A stretch of 64,000 nt of DNA, taken from contig OY760505.1 of assembly GCA_963663545.1 (NCBI GenBank), forward strand, positions 352,001 to 416,000, written 5' to 3'. Below, in pieces: positions 19,018 through 28,758 of this stretch. Positions within the stretch are counted from its first letter, which is position 1. Every line of letters begins with the position of its first letter. The translations under genes were made by a program, and so were the position numbers. The notes below the pieces were generated by a model. The model did no database searches. It saw only the letters and a list, made by a program, of their open reading frames with translations, and had not been told where the DNA came from. Source of the DNA: Candidatus Delongbacteria bacterium. GTDB taxonomy: Bacteria; CAIWAD01.

Positions 19018-20220
19018 TCAGGGGTTGACAGTTCGGGCGGCGCGAAAACCCACTCCGCTGCTCGCGTACAAGGGGTCGCTGTTGCGTCGATGCGCACACT
19101 GGACGTTTGTGTCATCGCCGGTCCAGCAGCCACCCCGAATCACTCGAGAGGGGCTACCAGCAATTCCGTATGGATTGGTTTGGTTTGAGCTGCTATAGCT
19201 GCCATACCCATCACCGCACCACTCCCGGATGTTCCCCGCGAGATCTGAAAAACCACGTCCCGTCAGCGGATAGTTGCCAACCGGGGAGGTCCAGCCTATG
19301 CAGTAGCTGCCGCCGTCGTGGTAATTCAGCAATGCGCAGGTGGGGGATTCATTTCCCCAGGGGTAGCTACGTTCATCGTCCCACTGCGCCGCATATTCCC
19401 ATTCAGCCTCCGTCGGCAAACGGTAGCCCTGCGCCAGATAGGGATCGTGGCTGGCGCTTTGATCCCAGTTGCCCTGATAGAACGCGGGCAAGCCCTCGCG
19501 CAGGCTACGCCAGTCGCAGTAACACGCGGCCCCGTACCAGCTGACTTCCTTCACCGGGTGATCGGCCGGGTCGTAGCCGCCGGGGTAGGCGAATCCAGGC
19601 CCCCAGCTACCACTGTTGTATGAGCGCGCCACCAGATAGAACTGCTGTGTACTCGTGTTGAATGCGATCTCGCAGTAGTTAGTGGCATCCAGATTGAGCA
19701 GCTCCACACCGTAGGCCTGTACGCTGCTGCTGTCAGCAGTCACCAGGTCCTGCCCTAGAGCCCACTGCAAGGCTTCCATGTACTGCTGGTTGGTCACCTC
19801 ATGTGCGTCCAGGTAGAAGTCGTAGGTCAGGTGTACCGTGTGCTCCGGCGTGGCCACACCAGCCTGTCCCATCGTGAAGCTACCGGCGGGTACGAACACC
19901 ATGTCGCCTAACTCGCCGATAGCTACAACATTGAAGCTGCCGAATCGAGACGGCTGAAACAGCGAGTCCCACCCCGTAGGCAGGGCGAATTGGCAGCTAG
20001 TTGTATCGGTCCAGGCCAGCAGCGAGTCGGGGCCCGTCCACTGGGTTCTCCCCCGAACCTGATAGGAGACCGCCCCTGCTACGGAAATCCAGTCCAGCCT
20101 GACGCAAGTAGTGTCGCCGTCACACGCGGCAGTGATGGAGACCTGCGGAGCGTCCAGCGCAAAAACAGCCACCAGCGGGATCAGCCACACAGCAGCCATG
20201 ACAAGCACATTCCTCATCAT
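19018..20220 (-). CDS. Secreted FN3-like + FGE-sulfatase protein, copy A4
   Basis: ATG 20220, ALDAPQVSI...LDWISVAGAVSYQV N-domain and the FGE motifs. Confidence 0.88.
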   Translation of the reverse strand: MMRNVLVMAAVWLIPLVAVFALDAPQVSITAACDGDTTCVRLDWISVAGAVSYQVRGRTQWTGPDSLLAWTDTTSCQFALPTGWDSLFQPSRFGSFNVVAIGELGDMVFVPAGSFTMGQAGVATPEHTVHLTYDFYLDAHEVTNQQYMEALQWALGQDLVTADSSSVQAYGVELLNLDATNYCEIAFNTSTQQFYLVARSYNSGSWGPGFAYPGGYDPADHPVKEVSWYGAACYCDWRSLREGLPAFYQGNWDQSASHDPYLAQGYRLPTEAEWEYAAQWDDERSYPWGNESPTCALLNYHDGGSYCIGWTSPVGNYPLTGRGFSDLAGNIREWCGDGYGSYSSSNQTNPYGIAGSPSRVIRGGCWTGDDTNVQCAHRRNSDPLYASSGVGFRAARTVNP

Positions 20221-20899
20221 TCTCTCCTGTTTCTTTCGTCGTCGTGTTTTGATCTCTGCTCGGGTTTCTGCTCTGCGCCCTACCACTCGCCAGCGATCCA
20301 TCCGCCTACGGCCCTATGCGCAACGCGTGTGCGGCATGGCAGCAGATGTACTCAGCGGGTACGGCTGTTGGTCGGCAACTCAACGTGACTGGTAATCAAT
20401 GCCAGGTAGAACAGCATGGCCGTCCGCGAAAGTGTCCACGGGCGTGTCACCCCATGTACTCCCGCGACTCCCCGTCTTGCTGCAAAACGGGACGACTCTG
20501 TGATTTCGTTGCTATTTCTGGTCTTGCTGCAATACTGTTGCGCAATCGGCAGACCAGTTTGCCTCCGCTGCGTGCTTGAGCGTAATGACACTATTTTCAG
20601 TCAGATATCAGCTGCGGTCAGACCGGCTTTTCCTGTACATGCCGGATATTCACCAAATTGGGCGTCGGCATGAACACCTAGGAGCAGCGTTCTCCAGCAA
20701 TCACACTTTCAGTCTGGTTGCTCATGGGACAAGCAACCCGTCAGCTAGCAAGTCGAAGTGGGAACTCTATCGTACCAGGCAGCGAGGCTGTCCGCCGTGA
20801 CACACGCTCACTCGCGTCCTGTCTACCCTGGACATCTTCAATACGCGAGAGTTGGCGCAGCAAACTCCAACGGACCGGCGATTGTGTCACGCGGTAACA

Positions 20900-22039
20900 C
20901 TAATCGACGGTACGCACGCAGCGAAAACCGCAGTCGCTGTACGCGCTCGTAGGCGTTTCGTTGTCGCGGTACGCACAGCGGGCGTAGCTGGCATTGTCGT
21001 TCCAATCTCCCCCGCGCAGCGCACGAGCCGTGCCGCTCGCATTTCCGTATGGATTAGTCTGAGTCGAGCTGCTGTAGTCCCCATACCAATCGCCGCACCA
21101 CTCCCAGACATTGCCCGCCAGATCGTAAAACCCACGTCCCGTCGCCGGATAACTGCCCACCGGGGTGGTCCAACCCACACAGTTGTTGTAGTTCTGCCGT
21201 TCGCAGGAAGGGGATTCATTGCCCCAGGGGTAGCTACGCTCATCGTCCCATTGCGCGGCGTACTCCCACTCCGCTTCCGTCGGTAGACGATAGCCCTGTG
21301 CCATGTAGGGATCGTGGCTCGCGTCAATATTCCAGTTGCCCTGGTAGAAGGCGGGCAAGCCTTCCCTCAGGCTGCGCCAATCGCAGTAACACGCGGCTCC
21401 GTACCAAGTGACCTCGATCACCGGGTGTTGCTCGCTCCCCGCATCCACGCTGAACTGGGACCCGGAGTAGGAGATCTCGCAATCAATATCATCCAGGTCC
21501 AGCAGCTCCAGTCCGTAAGCCTGCACGCTGCTGCTGCTGGCAGTGACCAATCCCTGGTCGTACGCCCACTGCAGGGCCTCTACGTATTCCTGGTTGCTCA
21601 CCTCGTACTGTCCCAGGTAGAAGTCGTGGCTCAGGGTCACGGTGTGTTCCGGCTCGGCCACGCCCACCTGTCCCATGACGAACTCACCGGCAGGCACGAG
21701 CACCAGCGGCATCTCCTCCACCGTCGTCACCGCGCGCACGGAAAAGAGCCGCGCCACGTTGGGGCGTACGCGACCGACCTGCAGCATGGGCACGCGCAGA
21801 CTGTACTCGCAGTTGGTGGTCGTGGTCAGCAGCGAGTCCGTCTGCCAGGCGGCGTTGCGCGGGTCGCGGTGGTAGAGCTCGTAATACTCAGCGCCGCTGA
21901 CGCTGGGCCAGGAAAGCTGCACCTGCACGCAATCCAGATCCGGGTTGTACTGGGTGCTCAGGCTGAGCTGGGGCGTCTCCAGAGCGTGCGCGAGCCCGGC
22001 GGTCAGCAGCAGGGCAAACAAGGTGATACGTCGCAGCAT
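20900..22039 (-). CDS. Secreted FN3-like + FGE-sulfatase protein, copy A5
   Basis: ALETPQLSL...LSWPSVSGAEYYELY N-domain and the FGE motifs; shorter internal insert. Confidence 0.88.
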   Translation of the reverse strand: MLRRITLFALLLTAGLAHALETPQLSLSTQYNPDLDCVQVQLSWPSVSGAEYYELYHRDPRNAAWQTDSLLTTTTNCEYSLRVPMLQVGRVRPNVARLFSVRAVTTVEEMPLVLVPAGEFVMGQVGVAEPEHTVTLSHDFYLGQYEVSNQEYVEALQWAYDQGLVTASSSSVQAYGLELLDLDDIDCEISYSGSQFSVDAGSEQHPVIEVTWYGAACYCDWRSLREGLPAFYQGNWNIDASHDPYMAQGYRLPTEAEWEYAAQWDDERSYPWGNESPSCERQNYNNCVGWTTPVGSYPATGRGFYDLAGNVWEWCGDWYGDYSSSTQTNPYGNASGTARALRGGDWNDNASYARCAYRDNETPTSAYSDCGFRCVRTVD

Positions 22040-22056
22040 GATGGATCCTTTTGAGT

Positions 22057-23262
22057 TCAGGGGTTGGCGGTGCGACAGACGCGGAAGCCCATGCGGCTGA
22101 ACGCGACCGACGGGGCAGCGAAATGGCGACTTGCGCAGAGCAGGTACGACGCGTTGTTACCCCAGCTGCTGTCCCGGCTCACACGGAGGGAGCCGCTTGG
22201 GGGCCCCGTCGGATTGCTCACGCTATCGCTGCTGTAGCTGCCAAACCAATCGCCGCACCATTCGGAGACATTACCGCCCAGGTCGTAGAAACCAAGGCCC
22301 GTCGCTGGATAGCCGCCTACCGGAGTAGTCCACCCCACGCAGAAGCTACTGCCGAGAAAGCAGTTCACCACCTCACAACTGGGGGACTGATCGCCCCAAG
22401 GGTAAGTACGCTCGTCGTTGAACTGGGCCGCATACTCCCACTCAGCCTCTGTGGGCAGACGGTAGCCCTGAGCCAGATAGGGATCGTGGCTGGCGCTTTG
22501 ATTCCAGTTGCCCTGGTAGAAAGCTGGCAAGCCCTCCCTCATACTGCGCCAGTCGCAGTAGCAAGCGGCCCCGTACCAGCTGACGTCCTTCACCGGGTGA
22601 TGGGCAGGGTCGTAGCCCTCGGGGTAGGCAAAACCTGGGCCGAAGGTGCCAGTGTTGGTGGTGCGTGGTACTAGAGTGAACTGTTGAAGGCTTGAGTCGA
22701 AGGCAATCTCGCAGGACTCGACATCACCAATGGCGAGCAGCCCCGCGCCATCAGCCTCGACTCTCGTGTCGGTCACCGTTACCAGGCCCTGATCGTAGGC
22801 CCACTGCAGGGCCTCCATGTACTCCTGGTTGGTCACCTCGTAGCGTCCCAAGTAAAAGTCTTGCGTCAGGGTCGCCGTGTGTTCCGGCTCGGACACGCCC
22901 ACCTGCCCCATGAGGAAGCTGCCCGCAGGTACGAGCACCAGCGGGGACAGCACCGCCCGCACGGAAAAAAGCCGCGCCACGTTGGGGCGCACGCGGCCGA
23001 TCTGAATCATGGGCACGCGCAGGCTATACGCGCAGTTGGTGGTCGTGGTCAGCAGCGAGTCCGTCTGCCAGGCAGCGTTGCGCGGGTCGCGGTAGTAGAC
23101 TTCGTAAACCTCGGCGCCGCTGACGCTGGGCCAGGAAAGCTGCACCTGCACACAATCCAGTTCAGGGTTGTACTGGGTGCTCAGGCTGAGCTGGGGTGCT
23201 TCCAGCGCGTGCGCGAGCCCGGCGGCCAGCAGCAGGGCAAACATTGTGATGCGGTGCGTCAT
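22057..23262 (-). CDS. Secreted FN3-like + FGE-sulfatase protein, copy A6
   Basis: ATG 23262; N-domain nearly identical to A5; FGE motifs. Confidence 0.88.
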   Translation of the reverse strand: MTHRITMFALLLAAGLAHALEAPQLSLSTQYNPELDCVQVQLSWPSVSGAEVYEVYYRDPRNAAWQTDSLLTTTTNCAYSLRVPMIQIGRVRPNVARLFSVRAVLSPLVLVPAGSFLMGQVGVSEPEHTATLTQDFYLGRYEVTNQEYMEALQWAYDQGLVTVTDTRVEADGAGLLAIGDVESCEIAFDSSLQQFTLVPRTTNTGTFGPGFAYPEGYDPAHHPVKDVSWYGAACYCDWRSMREGLPAFYQGNWNQSASHDPYLAQGYRLPTEAEWEYAAQFNDERTYPWGDQSPSCEVVNCFLGSSFCVGWTTPVGGYPATGLGFYDLGGNVSEWCGDWFGSYSSDSVSNPTGPPSGSLRVSRDSSWGNNASYLLCASRHFAAPSVAFSRMGFRVCRTANP

Positions 23263-23396
23263 GGTGGATCCTTGGCCGTGGAACACCTCTGGACACGAGT
23301 GAGCGCGCCACGTAGCTACCACCGCGCGCTGGCAATCGGACGATGTCGTGCGTGCAGGTGCATTCGTGGATTCTGCTCCATTTTTCTTGTTGTGCT

Positions 23397-23411
23397 GCAA
23401 GCTTCGCACCA
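23397..23411 (-). promoter_or_regulatory. Sigma-54 promoter for A6-A5
   Basis: Minus strand TGGTGCG-AAGC-TTGC. Confidence 0.65.
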
Positions 23412-23577
23412 AAGCTGCAACGAGCGCGGCCTTGCTCGTATGTTCTATAATTTCAATTCATGTCACTTCAGCCTGGAACCTGTCTGCCCGCCGGATTCTC
23501 GACATAGATAACAGGAATAGAACAGTATGAATCCAACGCAGACATCGGCAGCCTGGGGCGCGAGACGCGGGGTCCCT

Positions 23578-23745
23578 TCCCCTCCCAATCGGTATCCGAC
23601 TCGCCCCGAGTCGGCGGGATCGCTATCGGTATCGGTATCGTTCCCCCTTCCCCCCCCAATCGGTATCATTCTTCCTTCTCCTGTTCCTTCGCGTAGATTC
23701 CAGCAACAAGCAGGTTTCCGAATCCGACTCCGAAATCGACCTGCC
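23578..23745. repeat. Intergenic REP-like cluster, same family as 11525-11700
   Basis: CCCCTCCCAATCGGTATC, CCGACTCG-CCC-CGAGTCGG at 23596-23614 and ATCGGT iterations. Confidence 0.7.
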
Positions 23746-23845
23746 CCCGTGACGAGCTGGGTCGGCACCGATCGAGATGAGGAAGTGGATGAGACCACGC
23801 ATCCCGTGATCTTGAGAGCGAGCCCTGTTCGCTTCGATCCTCCCG

Positions 23846-25090
23846 CTACGGGGCCACCGTCCGACAGATACGGAAGCCGAGGTCCTCGCTCGCGTTCCCT
23901 GGCAGGGCATTGTAGCGAAAAGCGCAACTCACCGTACCTGCATGGGAGTACGACGAATGGCATCCTCCGCGAGCCACCCGTGCACCCCCCTGACTTGGGC
24001 CTGCGGGGTTGATCGCGTAGTTCGCATTGGGATAGGCGGCAAACCAGTCATTGCACCACTCCCAGACGTTGCCTGCTAAATCATGCAAGCCCAGCGCCGC
24101 GTCGCCGGCGGGATAGCTGCCTACGGGCGCAGTCCAGCGCGCGCAGTTACCGTAGTTTGCCTGCAGGCAAGGTGTGGGTACTGTGTCACCCCATGGATAG
24201 AGTCGCCTATCGTTGTATTGCGCTGCGTATTCCCATTCGGCCTCCGTCGGCAGGCGGTACCCTTCGGCAGCGTATGGATTACCGGGGTCCGGTATTTGTG
24301 ACCATTGGCCATTGTAATAGGGAGTGAGTCCCTCCAACTGACTGCGCCAGTCGCAATAGCAGGCAGCACCGTACCAGGTCACGTGCATGACGGGGTGCGT
24401 GGCAGGATCGTACCCGTTCGGATAAGCCGCCCCCGGACCTCGGCCCTGCGCGCTGAAAGTACCCTCATGAAGGACAAACTGCGGGGAATCGTAGCGGATC
24501 TCGCAATTATCCACCCCTGTGTACCATACCAAAAGGATCTGCCCATACTGCACAACCCTCCCACCACTGGCATTTGGTATCACCAGCCCCTGCTCCAGCG
24601 CCCACTGCAAAGCCTCCAGGTATTCCTCGTTGGTCACTTCGCTACGCCCCAGATAGAAGTATTCCGTCAAGTACACGGCGTGCACGGGCTCGGCCACACC
24701 GGTACGCCCCATGACAAAATAGGCGGCCGGCGGCATCAGCACCATGCCCTCGGGAGCCGTGTGTTCTGCCAACACGCGCACCACGGCATTCGTGCAGTAC
24801 AGACTGCCCAGCCAGGCTTGTATGTTGATGGCAGCGGAGCCATTCCCCGCAGCCACCTCGCCCACATCGCCGCTGGTGTACTCTGCTGGTACGAGCGTGA
24901 AAGAGCTTCCGCCATCCAGCGAGAGCTCAAGGCTGACGTTGGCGTTCAAATCCGGCATCCAGTAGTGCACTTGTAGCCAGCCGGGTGCATTTGCATCCTG
25001 GGAGAAGCTCACGGACATCACGGTCTGCGCGGCGGCAATCCCCGCCAGCTGGAGCGTCCATAGCAGAGCGATCGCGGTAGTTCGGTTCAT
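23846..25090 (-). CDS. Secreted Ig-like + FGE-sulfatase protein, copy A7 (diverged)
   Basis: A1-type N-domain (PGWLQVHY...LSLDGG) and the FGE motifs. Confidence 0.88.
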   Translation of the reverse strand: MNRTTAIALLWTLQLAGIAAAQTVMSVSFSQDANAPGWLQVHYWMPDLNANVSLELSLDGGSSFTLVPAEYTSGDVGEVAAGNGSAAINIQAWLGSLYCTNAVVRVLAEHTAPEGMVLMPPAAYFVMGRTGVAEPVHAVYLTEYFYLGRSEVTNEEYLEALQWALEQGLVIPNASGGRVVQYGQILLVWYTGVDNCEIRYDSPQFVLHEGTFSAQGRGPGAAYPNGYDPATHPVMHVTWYGAACYCDWRSQLEGLTPYYNGQWSQIPDPGNPYAAEGYRLPTEAEWEYAAQYNDRRLYPWGDTVPTPCLQANYGNCARWTAPVGSYPAGDAALGLHDLAGNVWEWCNDWFAAYPNANYAINPAGPSQGGARVARGGCHSSYSHAGTVSCAFRYNALPGNASEDLGFRICRTVAP

Positions 25091-25099
25091 GCTTCCCCC

Positions 25100-25774
25100 C
25101 TACTTCAGCAAGGTGATTTTGTGCTGGGCGACGCAATCACCCGCTTGCAGACGCACAATGTAGATGCCGCTGGCCAGCGCGCTTCCGTCAAAGAGCGCCT
25201 GGTGCTCGCCGCTGTCCTGCAGGCCGTGAACCAAATCCGCTACCCGCTGACCGCGCAGGTTGTAGACGCAGAGAGAAGCCTCCTCAGTCTGCGCCAGCGA
25301 ATAGTAGATCACCGTGCCGGGATTGAAAGGGTTTGGATGTGCGCCTGAAAGGGCAAAGCTGGCCGGTTGGTAGTCCGCAGAGGCAACGTCCTCTCCGATG
25401 ACTTCGAACTCCGTCGACCAGAGCTCGCCTGCATTGCCGCAGGCGTCCTGTACGTGGAAGTGAAACTGGTAGATACCCAGCTCCAGCTCACAGGGCCAGT
25501 TGAAGTTGGCGCCGTAGCCCATGGTTGTGTGCACGGGAACGCTGAGGCCAGCGCCCTCGGCAGTAATCGTGACCAGCGGCGCCTGAGCGCTCTGATCTGA
25601 CACGCTGTACTCGACGTACACCTGTGTGCCAACCACGATCTGCGCGTCCAGCACGCTGACCATCGTAATCTGTGGCGCGACGGTGTCAATGACGCCGGGC
25701 GCGCTGTCGGCGTAACTGGCAAACAGTGCCGGACAAGCAAACAGGGCCGTCAGCACGAAAGTGCGGCAGTGCAT
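25100..25774 (-). CDS. Secreted Ig-like + CTD partner B4
   Basis: 224-aa paralogue of B1-B3. Confidence 0.85.
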   Translation of the reverse strand: MHCRTFVLTALFACPALFASYADSAPGVIDTVAPQITMVSVLDAQIVVGTQVYVEYSVSDQSAQAPLVTITAEGAGLSVPVHTTMGYGANFNWPCELELGIYQFHFHVQDACGNAGELWSTEFEVIGEDVASADYQPASFALSGAHPNPFNPGTVIYYSLAQTEEASLCVYNLRGQRVADLVHGLQDSGEHQALFDGSALASGIYIVRLQAGDCVAQHKITLLK

Positions 25775-25872
25775 ACTCTCTCCTCAAATGCGGATGTCCT
25801 CCTGCGAGGCCTGCTGCGGGAAGATCAATTGCTTGCTGATGATGGAATCGGATTCTGCCGCGCACAGCACAT

Positions 25873-25887
25873 GCAAGCTTCGTACCA
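25873..25887 (-). promoter_or_regulatory. Sigma-54 promoter for B4-A7
   Basis: Minus strand TGGTACG-AAGC-TTGC. Confidence 0.72.
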
Positions 25888-26030
25888 AAACAGCCCAGGA
25901 GATAAGACAACCCTTAATCTCTATCTAAACAAGCAGTTCCAATGAATAGTACCGGGTGTTCACTCCGAGCCAGCAAGCACATATGTCGGATTTATAACAA
26001 GATTCTCGGCAGACTGAACAAGGCTGCAGG

Positions 26031-27252
26031 CTACTCGGCCGCTTTAGCACACGGAAGCCCAGATAGTCCTTTGCGTAGGGTGGAGAATAGCTGACCCGAT
26101 AGGCGCATTTCACGTAGGACGCAGTGGCCTTCCCAGGTACCACCCCGGAAGAAGCGGGCAGAGCCGGTGCTTGCACCGAGGGGGTCGGACGCGGCACTCG
26201 AGGGATAAACCCCATAACAGTCGCCACACCACTCAGCGATGTTACCCGCTATATCATGCAAGCCCAAGGTGCTGCCCCCACAGGATAGCTGCCCACGGGT
26301 GCTGTCCAGCCCACACACCTGGCCATGTCTGCATGGACGCACTCCACGGGTAAGTCATTGCCCCATGGATAGGTACGTTCGTTCTCTTACCGCACCGCGT
26401 ACTCCCACTCCGCTTCTGTTGGCAGTCGGTAGCCATCGGCCAGGTAGGGGTTGTGGCTGGTTGTCTGATCCCAGACTCCATAATAGAAGGGCGACAAGCC
26501 TTCTCTTTGGCTGCGCCAATCGCAGTAGCAGGCGGAACCGTACCAAGTGACATACTTCGCAGGATGTGATGCGGGATCATAACCTTCTGGATAGGCTGCC
26601 CCTGGGCCGGAGATCCCATTGACGTAGGTTCCTGCTTGTAGGAAAAACAGCTGCGAGCTGCTATTGAATTGAATCTCGCACCGATCAGCAGCAGTTCATC
26701 GATGCCCAGCAGGTCCTGTCCGTACTGGCACACGTACTCCCCATCTTCAGAAATCGTCAACAATCCCTGAACCCAGGCCCATTGCACAGCTGCCAGGTAC
26801 TCCTGATTGCTCACCTCATACTGGCCAATCAGGAAGTCATGGGTCAGGGTCACTTAGTGTTCCGGCGGAGCCACGCCATTCTGCCCCATCATGCAGCCGC
26901 CAGCAGGGATGAGAACCATGGCTGCTTCATCGATCGCCGCTCGCACGTGGAAGGTGCGCGCCAGGTTCGAGCGCACACGGCCAGGCTGGCGCCAGCGCAG
27001 GTGCAATTCAAAGCCACAGTCCGTGATTGTAGCCAGCAGGAAATCCTCCACCCAGGTAGAACTACGCGGATTGCGGTAGTAGACTTGATACTGCGTGGCA
27101 CCAGTGACGCAGGGCCACTGAAGCTGGACAAGCGCGCTATCCGTCCCCTCGATGCACTGCGCAGCAACACTTATCTGCGGAGCTTCCAGAGCACAGGCGA
27201 CTCCTGCTGTCAGCAGCAGGAGCACCCCAACCAGTTGCTTCAAGCGTGTCAT
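26031..27252 (-). pseudogene. Degraded FGE-sulfatase gene A8 (duplicate of A9)
   Basis: In-frame TAA at 26854-26856 where A9 has CAG, a frameshift near 26690 and further lesions; FGE motifs are scattered across frames. Confidence 0.85.
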
Positions 27253-27418
27253 TTCCAGCTCTTCGTTTGTTGCCCCCTCGTGTTGCCAGCAGTCCGGTCA
27301 AAGGGTTCCAAAGACCTATCGATCACTGACTTCTTGACGCCAGGTGCTGTTCTCCCAGCAGTGGCCAATCGCGGCTCACGCTATTCCCAAGGCAGAAGTT
27401 CAGGGTGCGCGCACTCGA

Positions 27419-28651
27419 TCATGGCGTGGCCAGCCGGCAGATACGAAAGCCATGGCGGGGGTGCCAACTTGACGGGCCTTGAGCTTCGCGATAGGCACAG
27501 CGCAAGTAGAAGGTGCTGCAGAGCCAGTCCCCGCCTCGCACCAAGCGATTGAGGCCAGCATCCGAACCGCAAGGATCCACTTGGGCGTCGCTGCTATAGA
27601 CAGCAAACCGGTCGTTGCACCACTCCCCCACATTGCCCGCCATGTCCAGCAAACCCAAAGCGTTCGCACCTGTCGGGTAGCTGCCCACGGGTGTCGTCCA
27701 CCCCACACAATAGCCATTTAGACGAAAGTTCGCCCCACTAAGATCCGGTGTATCCTCGCCCCAAGGGTAAGTACGTTCGTCACTGTATTGCGCCGCATAT
27801 TCCCATTCTGCTTCCGTCGGCAGGCGATAACCTAGGGCCAAGTATGGATTGTGACCGGCAGACTGATCCCAGACTCCACTGTAGAAAGGTGTTAATCCCA
27901 CCATTTGGCTGCGCCAGTCGCAGTAGCAGGCGGCGCCGTACCAGGTGACTGACTTCACAGGATGCGGTGCCGGATCGTAGCCTCCAGGATAGGCTGCCCC
28001 CGGCCCATAGATATCATCTGCGTAGGTCCCTGCATAAAGGAAAAACAACTGTGTGTCGACGTCGAATCGAATTTCGCACCAGTCAGAAATGTCATCGTTG
28101 ATGTTCAGGAGGTTCTGGCCGTACTGACATACAAAGTTCCCATACGCGGAGATCGTCAACAACCCCCGATCCCAGGCCCACTGTAAAGCTTCCAAGTACT
28201 CCTGGTTGGTCACCTCGTACTGGCCCAAGTAGAAGTTGTGGGTCAAGGTTACCTGGTGCTCGGGTGTGGATACGCCGTTCTGGCCCATGACGAACTGCCC
28301 GGCGGGAACAAGAACCATGGCTGCTTCATCGATCGCCGCTCGCACGTTGAAGGTGCGCGCCAAGCTCGGGCGCACACGGCCAAGCTGGCGCCAGCGCAGG
28401 CGCAATTCATAGTCACAGTCCGTGGTCGTAGCCAGCAGAGAATCCTCCACCCAAGTAGAACTACGCGGATTGCGGTAGTAAACTTGATACTGCGTGGCAC
28501 CGCTGACGCAGGGCCACTGAAGCTGGACAAGCACGCTGTCCGTCCCCTCGATGCACTGCGCAGTAACACTTACCTGCGGAGCTTCCAGAGCACAGGCAAC
28601 TCCTGCAGTCAGCAGCAGGATCACCCCGACCAGTTGCTTCAAGCATGTCAT
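27419..28651 (-). CDS. Secreted FN3-like + FGE-sulfatase protein, copy A9
   Basis: ATG 28651, ALEAPQVSV N-domain and the FGE motifs. Confidence 0.88.
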   Translation of the reverse strand: MTCLKQLVGVILLLTAGVACALEAPQVSVTAQCIEGTDSVLVQLQWPCVSGATQYQVYYRNPRSSTWVEDSLLATTTDCDYELRLRWRQLGRVRPSLARTFNVRAAIDEAAMVLVPAGQFVMGQNGVSTPEHQVTLTHNFYLGQYEVTNQEYLEALQWAWDRGLLTISAYGNFVCQYGQNLLNINDDISDWCEIRFDVDTQLFFLYAGTYADDIYGPGAAYPGGYDPAPHPVKSVTWYGAACYCDWRSQMVGLTPFYSGVWDQSAGHNPYLALGYRLPTEAEWEYAAQYSDERTYPWGEDTPDLSGANFRLNGYCVGWTTPVGSYPTGANALGLLDMAGNVGEWCNDRFAVYSSDAQVDPCGSDAGLNRLVRGGDWLCSTFYLRCAYREAQGPSSWHPRHGFRICRLATP

Positions 28652-28743
28652 ATCCAGTCCTTTGTTTGTTGACCTCTCGTGTTGCCGGGCGCTTGGAGCC
28701 ACAGAAAGTGAACACGCCCTCTCCTGCAATGAAAAATGATTCA

Positions 28744-28758
28744 GCAGTTTTTATGCCA
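28744..28758 (-). promoter_or_regulatory. Sigma-54 promoter for A9(-A8)
   Basis: Minus strand TGGCATA-AAAA-CTGC. Confidence 0.65.

Noticed and set aside
11914-28651. Sulfatase-maturation (true FGE) cluster
   Set aside because: The catalytic CxxxxC is absent and there are no sulfatase genes nearby.
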